From a virus (lineage: Duplodnaviria > Caudoviricetes): DNA of 58,252 nucleotides. Position 1 is the first letter of the stretch. The number at the start of each line of letters is the position of its first letter. This document shows positions 28,682 through 37,746 of the stretch, in pieces. The stretch spans positions 1-58,252 of IMG/VR virus record IMGVR_UViG_3300044802_000092; one strand, given 5' to 3'. A program made the position numbers and the translations under genes. The notes below the pieces were generated by a model that was not told the DNA's origin, did not search any database, and worked only from the letters and a program-made list of their open reading frames with translations.

Positions 28682-28920
28682 TATTTAACTGGATCGGGAA
28701 CTGGACTAAAATCGACGTAATATTGCTGGCCGATTACCATTTGTGCTATGGCCTCCGGGTTATCGACTTGCATTTCGATGACACCAGCCGGGGTAGCTTT
28801 CGCAAAGCTGACATCCTCCGGGGATTTATCAGGGTCATAGGTACAGCGATAAATCGCCTTACACCCCCCGTAAATCTGAGGGATCACCGACTCCAGTTGC
28901 ATCTTAGCTCGAATGGCCAT
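28681..28920 (-). CDS. Conserved phage hypothetical protein
   Basis: MAIRAKM...FAKATPAGxIxMxVDNPxA...YYVDF. Confidence 0.75.
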   Translation of the reverse strand: MAIRAKMQLESVIPQIYGGCKAIYRCTYDPDKSPEDVSFAKATPAGVIEMQVDNPEAIAQMVIGQQYYVDFSPVPDPVK

Positions 28921-28921
28921 T

Positions 28922-29215
28922 TTAACCTTCAACCGGTCCGGTTTTAGCGTAACCAATAACCTCGTAGGGCATCCACTCGCAGTGCCCGCCGGGGTGTTCA
29001 GGGGGCAACGCATCCTTTGGCTGGCGCAACGTGACGCTGTTTCGGCTCCAATGCCCGCCACTGTGATCATGTATCGCAAGATTTACACAACGGTCACCCC
29101 AAACATGCACCACCGTAGCCGCAAACGGCAAAGGTGAGTGTTGAGCCATTAGCCTATCGTACTCTGGGTGCGGCCAATACCAAACAATGTGGCCGATAGT
29201 AGGTTCAATCATCAT
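28922..29215 (-). CDS. Conserved phage hypothetical protein
   Basis: PTIGHIVWYWP...AATVVHVW...VNLAI; GGAGG RBS. Confidence 0.75.
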   Translation of the reverse strand: MMIEPTIGHIVWYWPHPEYDRLMAQHSPLPFAATVVHVWGDRCVNLAIHDHSGGHWSRNSVTLRQPKDALPPEHPGGHCEWMPYEVIGYAKTGPVEG

Positions 29216-29229
29216 ATTTTTCCTCCAGT

Positions 29230-30855
29230 TTAGTTAGCTGCACCTAGAGCTTCCCACATCTCCAAGTTTGAAGTCTCGGCATACGTCAATATCAAGGCGT
29301 CCGCGTAATCCGGTGACGCGATGCCCCGCAGCGCTAAATGGGCCTTGGACTCAATCTGAATCTTGCCTTTTTCATCCCGCCCCCACTTCACCAGAGATAG
29401 CTGCCCGGAAAGCGCCATTGCTTCAGGTCCCTCATTATCTGAGGGAAGAGATATCAGGGTGGAAGGTTCGTGCTCTTCGCCCCCCGGCTCTTTCCTGATA
29501 AACAACAACATCTCGTGGGTGCGCTTGAAGGCATCCCGTGTTTTCCACCACGCCTCAGCCTTCAGGTTTGAAAACTTCTTATCTGAAGTATCCCCATCAG
29601 ACCACAGGGTTTTGGTTGGGGGCTGTCCAACATTGACACCCTTACAAAACAGTTTGTCCTGCCGAGTCAGTGCGTCCCCCGTCCCCCGGCCAACCCCGAC
29701 ATTGTCGTAAAGCAGCCTAGTAATCTCGCAATGCCACCCGTCGTCCCGAATAAACTTCTGTAGCAGAGCATACTCAACCATGCGGTGCGCCGTGTTTATC
29801 GTGTCCGGATCGCCCCAGGAACTGGGCATCTTCACAATTGGTCCAAATCGAGGTACGATCACCGACCGCGCCCTGCCTGCCCCAACGTCCCCTCCGGCAA
29901 TTCCCTTAATTGAGGGGACAAGGTCTAGGTGGTTTTTTATTTCCTTAGCCGCCTCCACCCACTTGGCCAGGATGCAGATGCCCTCAACCGAGGCCGAGTA
30001 ATCCAGCTCATATTCCGAGGCCCAGACGTGGGGTTCTAGCGCCCGTTTCTTCTTCGCGACCCATTCCGGCGTTTTGCGGGGATCATCAGAATAGTGATAC
30101 CGGAATATCTGCCGGGGGAGCAGGCTGCCCCCAAATCGCTTCCGGGCAAACAGATTGCCCATACCATTTACCGAACTTCCCCAGATACGAATGTCGGTAT
30201 TTGCTGACGTAGAAGCCTCAACCCTGTCCGCCCGCTCGATAAACGCCGCCTCGTCAACCACATAAAGTGTCGAGCGACCCCCCCGCCCCATCTGGTCTCC
30301 CGCTTCCCCGCGAATAAGGTTGTCGTTATCCGGGTTGAACAACCGCATGAAGTTATCATGCTTTGCTGGGTCCCAAGCGCGAGGCAGCATCCAGCGGGGC
30401 AGCCCCCGCATTAACATGCGAATTTTTTCCAATATTGAGTCGGGGTCGCCGATCTTGTCGACGTACTCTTCTTTACGTGATCCGAAGGTGGTCTTGAACC
30501 CCGAAACGAACAACCACTTGTGTAAAGCAACACCCCCTGCAACCCAAGTAAACCCGATGTCCCGGCTTTTCTCGCAAAGCCCGTCCTCGGCAAGAGATAT
30601 CCGCTCTTCCAACCAGGCCACTAACTCTCGCTGACGGGCAAACAAGTCGAGCGGGATATGGGCAATGCCCTTTTCAGTAACTAACCCCTGACCGGCCACC
30701 CGGCGAGGGTCGTAGGTCCAACACCAATTGGCGAACCAATGAAAAACATCTCTACGGCACTGTTCAAGCTCTACCGCAATTGCGGTGGGGTTTGCACCAA
30801 CGGCCTGCAACAGTTGAAACCGGCGGATAATGGAGGCATGAAGTGGCGCTGACAT
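29230..30855 (-). CDS. terL: Terminase large subunit
   Basis: KSRDIGFTW Walker A, GRGGR, VVDEAAF Walker B, C-terminal SPDYADAL nuclease motif. Confidence 0.93.
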   Translation of the reverse strand: MSAPLHASIIRRFQLLQAVGANPTAIAVELEQCRRDVFHWFANWCWTYDPRRVAGQGLVTEKGIAHIPLDLFARQRELVAWLEERISLAEDGLCEKSRDIGFTWVAGGVALHKWLFVSGFKTTFGSRKEEYVDKIGDPDSILEKIRMLMRGLPRWMLPRAWDPAKHDNFMRLFNPDNDNLIRGEAGDQMGRGGRSTLYVVDEAAFIERADRVEASTSANTDIRIWGSSVNGMGNLFARKRFGGSLLPRQIFRYHYSDDPRKTPEWVAKKKRALEPHVWASEYELDYSASVEGICILAKWVEAAKEIKNHLDLVPSIKGIAGGDVGAGRARSVIVPRFGPIVKMPSSWGDPDTINTAHRMVEYALLQKFIRDDGWHCEITRLLYDNVGVGRGTGDALTRQDKLFCKGVNVGQPPTKTLWSDGDTSDKKFSNLKAEAWWKTRDAFKRTHEMLLFIRKEPGGEEHEPSTLISLPSDNEGPEAMALSGQLSLVKWGRDEKGKIQIESKAHLALRGIASPDYADALILTYAETSNLEMWEALGAAN

Positions 30856-30861
30856 CTAGGA

Positions 30862-31023
30862 TAGAAAAAACGCCCACTCGTTACCTAACAGACGGCGGCA
30901 AACCCATGACCACAGTCCTACCATGTCTCGACTCCCTGAAATCAGGCCCGGCGAACAGAGAACTCTACGTCCTATTCGCCGGGCCTCACACCCTGCTTGG
31001 TTTACCTCAAGGGTTCAAGCAGG
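30862..31023 (-). other. Structured intergenic region (two long hairpins and a U-tract) upstream of terL
   Basis: AGGCCCGGCGAA/TTCGCCGGGCCT (30944-30986), CCTGCTTG/CAAGCAGG (30992-31023), T6 tract at 30870-30865. Confidence 0.5.
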
Positions 31024-31027
31024 AGAA

Positions 31028-32623
31028 TTACTGCTGAACGTAAGTCACAAGCACCTGCGTGGCGCCAGTGTTAGATGTCACCGCGCACAATCCCGTCGTC
31101 GAAGGGGTAGTGATAATAGTTCCCCCGCCAAACCCGGCATTGAACGAAGTTATCGGAGCCGTATAAGTCGGCGTCAATGCGGTTCCCGCTCCGCTGCATG
31201 CCGCAGAGGCCCCACTATTTGACAAGTAAATCGTCTGGGTGGCCGCAGCAACGACCGAAATGCCGCACACATAGACGGCCTTCGTGCCTGAATATGCTAC
31301 CAGCGACGTGGTAGTTGCCGAGTTGATGTTGGCCAACACCGATGATTTCGCAACGTTGCGGCTTTGACAGGGGTCGAGAGCCACAACCGTGTCGTCACGA
31401 AGATTGATGGCAAGTGAGCCGTCACTGTCTAACTGCAACGCAACGCTCTGACCGTTAGTCAGCGAAACGCCGCCCGAGTTGTAAACACCGCCGCCCAGCT
31501 GCATCTTGGTTGGGGCAGTGGCTGCCGTAATTACGCCTTCGGTAGACGAATCCGAAACAATAAGTTGACCAGTCGACGTGCCCTGCAGCGCAACGCTCTG
31601 GCCTGTCGTCAGCGAAACGCCGCCCGAGTTGTAGACCAAACCCCCAACCTGCATGCTGGTAGGAGCAGTTGCCGCCGTGATTACGCCCTGTGACGCGGCA
31701 TCTATCGTAATGAGCTGGCCTGTGGAGTTAACCTGCAAAGCCACGGTCTGACCAGTAGTCAAACTCACGCCGCCCGAATTGTACTGTGCCCCCGTAATTG
31801 CCATTTTTGAAGGGGCGGTGCCTGCTGTCAATCCGGCCTCAAGATTCGGAAGCGTAACGATCTGTTGCCCAGTAGAGTTTACCTGCAGCGCAACCGACTG
31901 ACCCGTTGAAAGCGAAACGCCCGCCGCCGTGTACACCGCACCCGCCACTTGCATCTTGGTTGGCGAGGTTGCCGCTGTAATCACGCCTTCTGTGCTGGCG
32001 TCGGAAACAATAAGCTGGCCCGCAGAAGTGAGCTGGAGTGCCCCAGCCTGGGTGTTGGTAAACGTCGGCGCGGCACTGTTGTAAACACCGCCAGCCAACA
32101 GAGAATTAGCTGGCGCCGTGCCGGGGGCAACAGGGGCCTCGACATCGGTAAGAACTACAGACCCGGCGGAGTAAGTTACCGCCCCGCCGTTGGTTCCCGC
32201 CATATTGATGGTGACATACCCGGATCCGGAAAGCGCCGAGAGATTAACGCGAAGCCGCGTAAGACCGCTGGCATTGACCGTCCAGGTGCTGGCCGTGGAG
32301 ACCGAATTCACCGTAGATCCGCCGTTGATCGGCGTCATTTTGAGGGTGGTCCAGGTGGCGCTGGCGTTTGCAACTGAGGGGGCTTCGTTAGTGCCCTGAA
32401 CGGATGCCGTAAATGTGCCTGACAGGCCGGTAAACTGGACAGAAACCGTGTTTTCGCCCTGCACCGTGAAATACAGATATCCGGTGGAGGTCAGCGTAAC
32501 CGGCTGCAACACTGCGGTGGGAATGTACACGGGGGTCTGAGTGGGGTAGGTCTGGGCATGCAACGGTGCTGGAATAAACAGCGCCAGCGCAACTGCGGCC
32601 ATCAACCGGCCTAGAAGTCTCAT
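31028..32623 (-). CDS. Signal-peptide-bearing repeat protein (five ~51-aa repeats)
   Basis: MRLLGRLMAAVALALFIPAPLHA; repeats of YNSGGVSLTxGQxVALQxxSxGQLI; GAGGAG RBS. Confidence 0.75.
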   Translation of the reverse strand: MRLLGRLMAAVALALFIPAPLHAQTYPTQTPVYIPTAVLQPVTLTSTGYLYFTVQGENTVSVQFTGLSGTFTASVQGTNEAPSVANASATWTTLKMTPINGGSTVNSVSTASTWTVNASGLTRLRVNLSALSGSGYVTINMAGTNGGAVTYSAGSVVLTDVEAPVAPGTAPANSLLAGGVYNSAAPTFTNTQAGALQLTSAGQLIVSDASTEGVITAATSPTKMQVAGAVYTAAGVSLSTGQSVALQVNSTGQQIVTLPNLEAGLTAGTAPSKMAITGAQYNSGGVSLTTGQTVALQVNSTGQLITIDAASQGVITAATAPTSMQVGGLVYNSGGVSLTTGQSVALQGTSTGQLIVSDSSTEGVITAATAPTKMQLGGGVYNSGGVSLTNGQSVALQLDSDGSLAINLRDDTVVALDPCQSRNVAKSSVLANINSATTTSLVAYSGTKAVYVCGISVVAAATQTIYLSNSGASAACSGAGTALTPTYTAPITSFNAGFGGGTIITTPSTTGLCAVTSNTGATQVLVTYVQQ

Positions 32624-32654
32624 TGTGGTATTCTCCTCAGCGATGTGAAGCAAG

Positions 32655-33392
32655 TTATGTGGCGTTTATTGTTCCCAGCGTCTCGCGGTAAAGTAGGGCC
32701 AATTCCTCGGCCGACAGTTTTGACAAATCAACCGTAACATTGAGGGGGGTTGAAGAAGTTGCAGGGTTGTTATCCTGGAACCTCTTAAACTTCCAGGGGC
32801 GCCGGGCTTGAAGCAAGGTGGTCAACAACCCGTCACTGTATTCTCTAGTCTCGTCTATTTTCTCACCCTTGTAGTAGACAGGCTTGGCCACCCCGTCAAC
32901 CGCCCGGCGGCGGGCTTCGTCTTCCAGGCCATCAGTTCCCTCATCGACGGCGTCATCCCACAACACGGCGAAATCCGGATCTGTCTGTCTCCACCGTTTG
33001 ACCGCAGGGTACGTCACGCCAGAACCCCTAGCCGCAGCTGAAGGGGACCGCCCTTCCCTCAACAGTGATAAAAACATATCTCGCACTTCCGGCGTGTCTT
33101 TACGCTCGAAGGGATTCGAAAAATCCCGGCGGCGGGCGGCCCAAGCCTTGTCAAAATCTGGATCGGTCACACGGAAATTGGCCACTGTGGCCGCGTCGAA
33201 CCGAGGGTTGCGGTACACCGCAGCGGCGCAACCATCGCAGTGCTCCAGTTCCTCCAGCAGCGCCCGTTTGAGGGAGGCCAGCACCAGCGGGTCAAACACC
33301 TCCCGAATGATAATCCGGCGCCCGCCAACTATTTCAGTACGGACGCGTTTACCATTGGGGCTGAACGTCCCGTATTTGCGAACCTTCTTCAC
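32655..33392 (-). CDS. terS: Terminase small subunit
   Basis: HTH then DPDFAxxWDDA...LEDEARRRAVDGVxKPVYYKG...YSDGLL. Confidence 0.75.
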   Translation of the reverse strand: MKKVRKYGTFSPNGKRVRTEIVGGRRIIIREVFDPLVLASLKRALLEELEHCDGCAAAVYRNPRFDAATVANFRVTDPDFDKAWAARRRDFSNPFERKDTPEVRDMFLSLLREGRSPSAAARGSGVTYPAVKRWRQTDPDFAVLWDDAVDEGTDGLEDEARRRAVDGVAKPVYYKGEKIDETREYSDGLLTTLLQARRPWKFKRFQDNNPATSSTPLNVTVDLSKLSAEELALLYRETLGTINAT

Positions 33393-33895
33393 GCCAACAC
33401 CAAACTACTCAAACCTATCTCTGCCCTGGTTGTCCGGCCAAACCATCGCAAAAACAACAGTGCTCGTTGCTCTCCAGATCGACGATAAAACACCCCGCCA
33501 ATCCCTTGATATGCCCCCTCGGTTATCTTTACCCGCTGTCCCGGCCTGAACAAACAAGGCGTCTGGGCGGGTTCTTCAAGTTTAATGTATCCGGCTATTT
33601 CGCGACTTCGGATTTCATCAATAACTTCTCCCGCAATCAATGCGGGTATTTCACCAATTCGAACAACAGCAGTGATACTAGAATGACGCCGGATGCCGCT
33701 GATGCTGCCAACCCCAGCATTCTCCAGAAAAATATACCGGGCCAAGAACGCCCTTTCGACCATCGTAACTTTACGGCCATGGGTTCTCTTGATTCGCACC
33801 TTAGGACAGTAGGTGGTAGCCCCGGCAGCGGTAAGAACATCAGACGCCAACCCCTCTTGGTTCGGTTTCGTTTGTATGATCAACCATTCTGACAC
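33389..33895 (-). CDS. NusG/RfaH-family transcription antiterminator
   Basis: WxIIQTKPNQE, FLxRYIF NGN domain; GQRVKITEGAYxG KOW motif; first gene of late operon. Confidence 0.85.
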   Translation of the reverse strand: MSEWLIIQTKPNQEGLASDVLTAAGATTYCPKVRIKRTHGRKVTMVERAFLARYIFLENAGVGSISGIRRHSSITAVVRIGEIPALIAGEVIDEIRSREIAGYIKLEEPAQTPCLFRPGQRVKITEGAYQGIGGVFYRRSGEQRALLFLRWFGRTTRAEIGLSSLVLA

Positions 33896-33935
33896 CTGTC
33901 TCCCTCAAGGCATTTTCCAGTCAGAAACACTATGC

Positions 33936-34026
33936 GCCGCAGCCTGGGTGAATTTGCCAGGGTATAACGGGCTGCCCAACTCAGCTGGAATTCACCCTTG
34001 CGGCCAGCTGTGCTCTGTAAAAGAGC
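33936..34026 (-). promoter_or_regulatory. Structured 5' leader of late operon
   Basis: Nested stems GCCGCA/TGCGGC, GGGTGAATT/AATTCACCC, CCAG/CTGG plus GCTCT/AGAGC hairpin. Confidence 0.55.
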
Positions 34027-34090
34027 CTGTCAAACAACTCAAACGAAAACAAGACACACTAAGTGGTGCAACCTATCCGATCCGAGAGAC

Positions 34091-34119
34091 ACTATAGCAC
34101 ACCCCGAGGCCGCTGTCTA
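34091..34119 (-). promoter_or_regulatory. Promoter for NusG-paralog/late operon
   Basis: TAGACA-17 nt (ending TGTGC)-TATAGT. Confidence 0.6.
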
Positions 34120-34128
34120 GTATGAACC

Positions 34129-34235
34129 CGCGAAATACTAGAATGCGGGAATGCGGCGAAACCCAGAAACACGAGAATGTGGCGAAACACGACGAAACAC
34201 GACGAAACGAGAATAGAGACGGAATACTGAATAAC
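34129..34235. repeat. Degenerate GACGAAACAC/GAATA repeat cluster (left)
   Basis: CGAAACACGACGAAACACGACGAAAC; reverse complement of the right cluster core. Confidence 0.65.
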
Positions 34236-34789
34236 GCAAGGGCCTTGCTGAGGTACTTTCTTTGACGGCACGGGGGTTGGAATACTGGCGCCCGCCTCCC
34301 CCAGGAGGGACTATGAATGCCCGCCGGACGGGGCTCGAGAGGGGGTCGAGACTAGCAAGTACTTGCCAGCAGCTAGAAGCAACACCTTGCGTTGATTAAC
34401 TGAAATATCGCGATTAACTTGAGGCCCGTCCGACGGGGGCTGAAATACTCGTTTTCGGAAACATGAGGGGCACTGGCACGGGTAGTAGGTCCCTCCGCCC
34501 CCCGGGGGCGATAAAAACTTAACTTTGGTAAACATGCAGCCAAGGGGTGTCATGGAACATGCGTCTTGCTTCGGTCGAGGGCCTCTCGATGCCCGTCCCG
34601 CCGAAGTCTGTCTCGCCCCGGGGATCGCCCCGTGGCGCCTTGTCAACGTACCCCGAGTCTGCTAACCGTGGGCCTACTTTAGGGGGCCTCTTGGGGTGCA
34701 AGTTGGGGTCTCAGCAATAAATCGTTGGTTGTAATGGTGGCCCTCTACATCATCGCCTGGGGCCTGAAAATATGCTCGTATTCTGCTCT

Positions 34790-34997
34790 GTTTCGTCTAG
34801 TTCCCGGCGACTGTTCCGGGGGTGTTTCGTCTATTTCCCGCTGCGGGTTTCGTCGATTTCCCTCCGTCTATTCCGGAGGTGTTTCGTCTAGTTCCCTCCG
34901 TCTATTCCGGAGGTGTTTCGTCTAGTTCCCTCCGTCTATTCCGGAGGTGTTTCGTCTAGTTCCCGTCTCGGGTCTCGTCTGTTTCATCCAGTTCCCG
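34790..34997. repeat. Iteron-like cluster: three perfect 34-bp units plus degenerate copies
   Basis: CCTCCGTCTATTCCGGAGGTGTTTCGTCTAGTTC x3 (34861-34962); core GTTTCGTCTAGTTCCC about seven times. Confidence 0.9.
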
Positions 34998-35047
34998 GCT
35001 CCAGTGCCTTTTCGGCCCTCCCGCCCCTCATTTCGGGCGGTTCGGCC

Positions 35048-35077
35048 TTGACAGCACTAGAGCCGGTGTGGTAGACT
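35048..35077 (+). promoter_or_regulatory. Sigma70-like promoter for primase
   Basis: TTGACA-18 nt (ending TGTGG)-TAGACT. Confidence 0.6.
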
Positions 35078-35145
35078 GAGCGATGGTGGCGCCCCGGTCC
35101 AATGTTAACGGCGACATCAGTGATCAACTATACGCCGTCCGGCCT

Positions 35146-35174
35146 AGTGTACCACATCTCCGGCCCCGGCGCAA
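35146..35174 (-). promoter_or_regulatory. Convergent promoter facing the primase promoter
   Basis: TTGCGC-17 nt (ending TGTGG)-TACACT. Confidence 0.45.
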
Positions 35175-35195
35175 TCCCCCTCAGGAGGCGGCCGT

Positions 35196-37448
35196 ATGTC
35201 CAACTCTTCTTCGCCTGACGTATTGGAAACCGTGCAGTGGGCACACCATAATGCTTTTACAATGGTCCCCCTTCTCCCTCGCACCAAGACCCCAATCTCT
35301 GGCGAGTACGCAAAACCCGGATACCTCTCTCCTCCCCCTTCTTATTGGTCCACTCACGACTGCGGCGTGGGGCTCGTCACCGGTCCGCAGTGTTCCTCTC
35401 CCGTGGACATCGACATAGACGGGGGGGATGCCGCCCGGCACTTTGCACGGCTGTTTCTTCCCTCAACTACGGCCGTGTTCGGCCGCAAGTCCAACCCGGC
35501 GTCCCATTGCCTCTACCTCGTGAAAGAACCGGCCTTCTCCAAGTTTGCTTTGTCTGACCCGGTCGACCGCTCTTGCATCATTGAGGCCCGAGGCGATGGC
35601 GGGCACCAAACCGCGCTCCCAGGCTCTATCCACCCCTCAGGTGAACAGATAGCGTGGGCGGCTTCTCCCCCTTCCTCTTTATCTCTTGTCGCCTCAGAGG
35701 CCCTCATCCGCGCTGTGCGCAAGGTGGCTCTCGCGGTCATCGTTTGCCGCCATATCTGGCAGCCGGGCTACCACAATGAGCCCTGTAAACACCTGTCCGG
35801 CATGTTCTACTACTCCGATTGGCCTGAGGCGGAGGCCGTGTCGTTCGTTCAAGCCGTTACCGAGTACCTCGGCGATACGGACTCTTCCCGCCTCCCCACC
35901 GTCCACCTCGCGTATGCGCGGGCAGAAAAAGGTCGCAAGATTACGGCGGGAGGAAAACTGCGCGAGCAGGTGGGCGAGCAGCTAGTGTCGGCCATTTTTT
36001 CCCTGATGGCCAGCCCCGGCCAGGAAGCTTTCACCAACAAACTGGCCGCGTACAACGAGCGTTTTGCTATTGTGAACTATGATGGCAACTTTCTCGTTGC
36101 TCAAACCGACACCCGGCCCGGCACTTTGCCTCAATTCATCCGCCGGAGCGACTTTCTTGCGTTCAACGCCCGCGACACGGTGTCCGGTCCGGACGGCAAG
36201 CTCCGGCGCTTCCCGGAGCTGTGGCTGGCTTCCCCTCGCGCCTGCAGATACCCGGTCGTCGACATGTTGCCGGGCGACGACGGGGCTTCCGGGGTGTTCA
36301 ACCTGTGGACAGGGTTCGCCATTCCCCCCGGCGAAGGTGAGTGTACGGCCTGGTTACAACTATGCCGTGTGGTGTGCGGAACGTCTGAGGGAATGGAGTG
36401 GCTGTTGGCCTGGCTGGCGGACATCGTGAACTCCCCTCAAGTAAAGCCGGGCACGGCGCCCGTGATAGTCGGCGAGCCGGGAGCAGGAAAGACCTCGCTG
36501 GTGGAGTATTTCGGTGAAATACTGGGAGAATATTACGTCCCGGTCACCCAGGACACCCATCTGGTAGGCAACTTCAACGCCCATCGGGCTACGGCCCTCC
36601 TCATTCACTCTGAAGAGGCCCTGTACGGCGGCGAGAAGAAACACCGGGGCATCATTAAGTCTCTCATCACCGACCGGTACCAGATGCTTGAGCGCAAGGG
36701 GGTAGACGCCAAGCGCATCAACAGCTTCTCGCGCCTCATTCTGTCATCTAACAACGCCAACCCCGCCCCAATTGAGCCGGGGGACAGGCGCTTTACCATT
36801 TTCGACATGGGTAAACTCAAGGCTTCCGAGGCGCTTCTTGCCGCTGTGCGGGACGAGCGGGCCAATAAAAACGGGCAGGCCGCACTACACCAGTTCCTAT
36901 CCCGGCTGTCCGCCCTTCCCGATTTATCCAGGGTTTCCCTCAAGACCGAAGCGGGGTTGGGCATAGCCGCCCGCAACTTAGAACCGCTTGATGTATTATG
37001 GTTGAACCTTCTCAACCAGGGCGAAGTGTTCCCAATGGAACTTAAGTGGTGCCAGCGCCCGGCGCCCACCGACGCCTCCGGGGACGAAGAAGAATTTCGC
37101 TGGCCTGAAGTTATCTCTACCGTTGCGCTGTACCGAATGTTTGAGATAAAACTAAAGAATCGGTGCCCCCCCGCTTGGGTGGCCATCGACATAGTCAAAA
37201 AACATTACTTCGGCGGGGGGGCCAAAGAAAAACACGCCCGTTTCGCGGTCCCTCCCTATGATGACATTACCATCGACAAGGCATGGCGGCAGGGACTGGG
37301 CGTCCGCCAGCGGGCGGTGGAGATCCCTCCGCTAGTGGCGTGCCGCCGCATGTTTGAAGAGTACGTCGGACAACCCGTCAATTGGGGTTCGGACGAACTA
37401 ATGCCAGACCTTCCACCTGCGAAAACCAACTACAAGCCGTCGTACTGA
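35196..37448 (+). CDS. Bifunctional primase-polymerase fused to SF3-like helicase
   Basis: VDIDID, SHxxY, QTxxPGSIHPSGE primase motifs; GEPGAGKT Walker A; AGGAGG RBS. Confidence 0.88.
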   Translation: MSNSSSPDVLETVQWAHHNAFTMVPLLPRTKTPISGEYAKPGYLSPPPSYWSTHDCGVGLVTGPQCSSPVDIDIDGGDAARHFARLFLPSTTAVFGRKSNPASHCLYLVKEPAFSKFALSDPVDRSCIIEARGDGGHQTALPGSIHPSGEQIAWAASPPSSLSLVASEALIRAVRKVALAVIVCRHIWQPGYHNEPCKHLSGMFYYSDWPEAEAVSFVQAVTEYLGDTDSSRLPTVHLAYARAEKGRKITAGGKLREQVGEQLVSAIFSLMASPGQEAFTNKLAAYNERFAIVNYDGNFLVAQTDTRPGTLPQFIRRSDFLAFNARDTVSGPDGKLRRFPELWLASPRACRYPVVDMLPGDDGASGVFNLWTGFAIPPGEGECTAWLQLCRVVCGTSEGMEWLLAWLADIVNSPQVKPGTAPVIVGEPGAGKTSLVEYFGEILGEYYVPVTQDTHLVGNFNAHRATALLIHSEEALYGGEKKHRGIIKSLITDRYQMLERKGVDAKRINSFSRLILSSNNANPAPIEPGDRRFTIFDMGKLKASEALLAAVRDERANKNGQAALHQFLSRLSALPDLSRVSLKTEAGLGIAARNLEPLDVLWLNLLNQGEVFPMELKWCQRPAPTDASGDEEEFRWPEVISTVALYRMFEIKLKNRCPPAWVAIDIVKKHYFGGGAKEKHARFAVPPYDDITIDKAWRQGLGVRQRAVEIPPLVACRRMFEEYVGQPVNWGSDELMPDLPPAKTNYKPSY

Positions 37449-37462
37449 ACAGGGGTAAACAA

Positions 37463-37684
37463 ATGGAAGAACACAACTTTATTACAACAACACTTGACAT
37501 GAATAAACGCGGTGTGACCATAATGATGTCAGATTTTTTGAGGCGAATAGCCGTACTTTTATGTGTCCTGGTGGCCGTAGCAGGAGGGCAGGTGCTAGAA
37601 ACCGGGAACGCGATGTTTTTAGCTGTGGTGTGTGTGATAGTCATTGTGTGGTTGATCGGCATGCCAACGAACGAGGACACTTGA
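37463..37684 (+). CDS. Small membrane protein
   Basis: Two hydrophobic segments; start could instead be 37523. Confidence 0.5.
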   Translation: MEEHNFITTTLDMNKRGVTIMMSDFLRRIAVLLCVLVAVAGGQVLETGNAMFLAVVCVIVIVWLIGMPTNEDT

Positions 37685-37732
37685 CAAACCCCCGCTTCGT
37701 GTGTTAGGTTGTTGATTGTCAATAACTGTCAA
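37681..37732 (+). promoter_or_regulatory. Sigma70-like promoter plus AACTGTCAA box
   Basis: TTGACA-18-TAGGTT; box at 37724-37732 before RBS. Confidence 0.6.
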
Positions 37733-37746
37733 CACGGGAAAACGAC

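Noticed and set aside
34311-34925. Short ORFs in the divergent intergenic region
   Set aside because: No RBS or recognisable motifs; region dominated by repeats and palindromes
34861-34962. 34-bp palindromic repeats as a CRISPR mini-array
   Set aside because: Units are directly adjacent with no spacers and there are no cas genes
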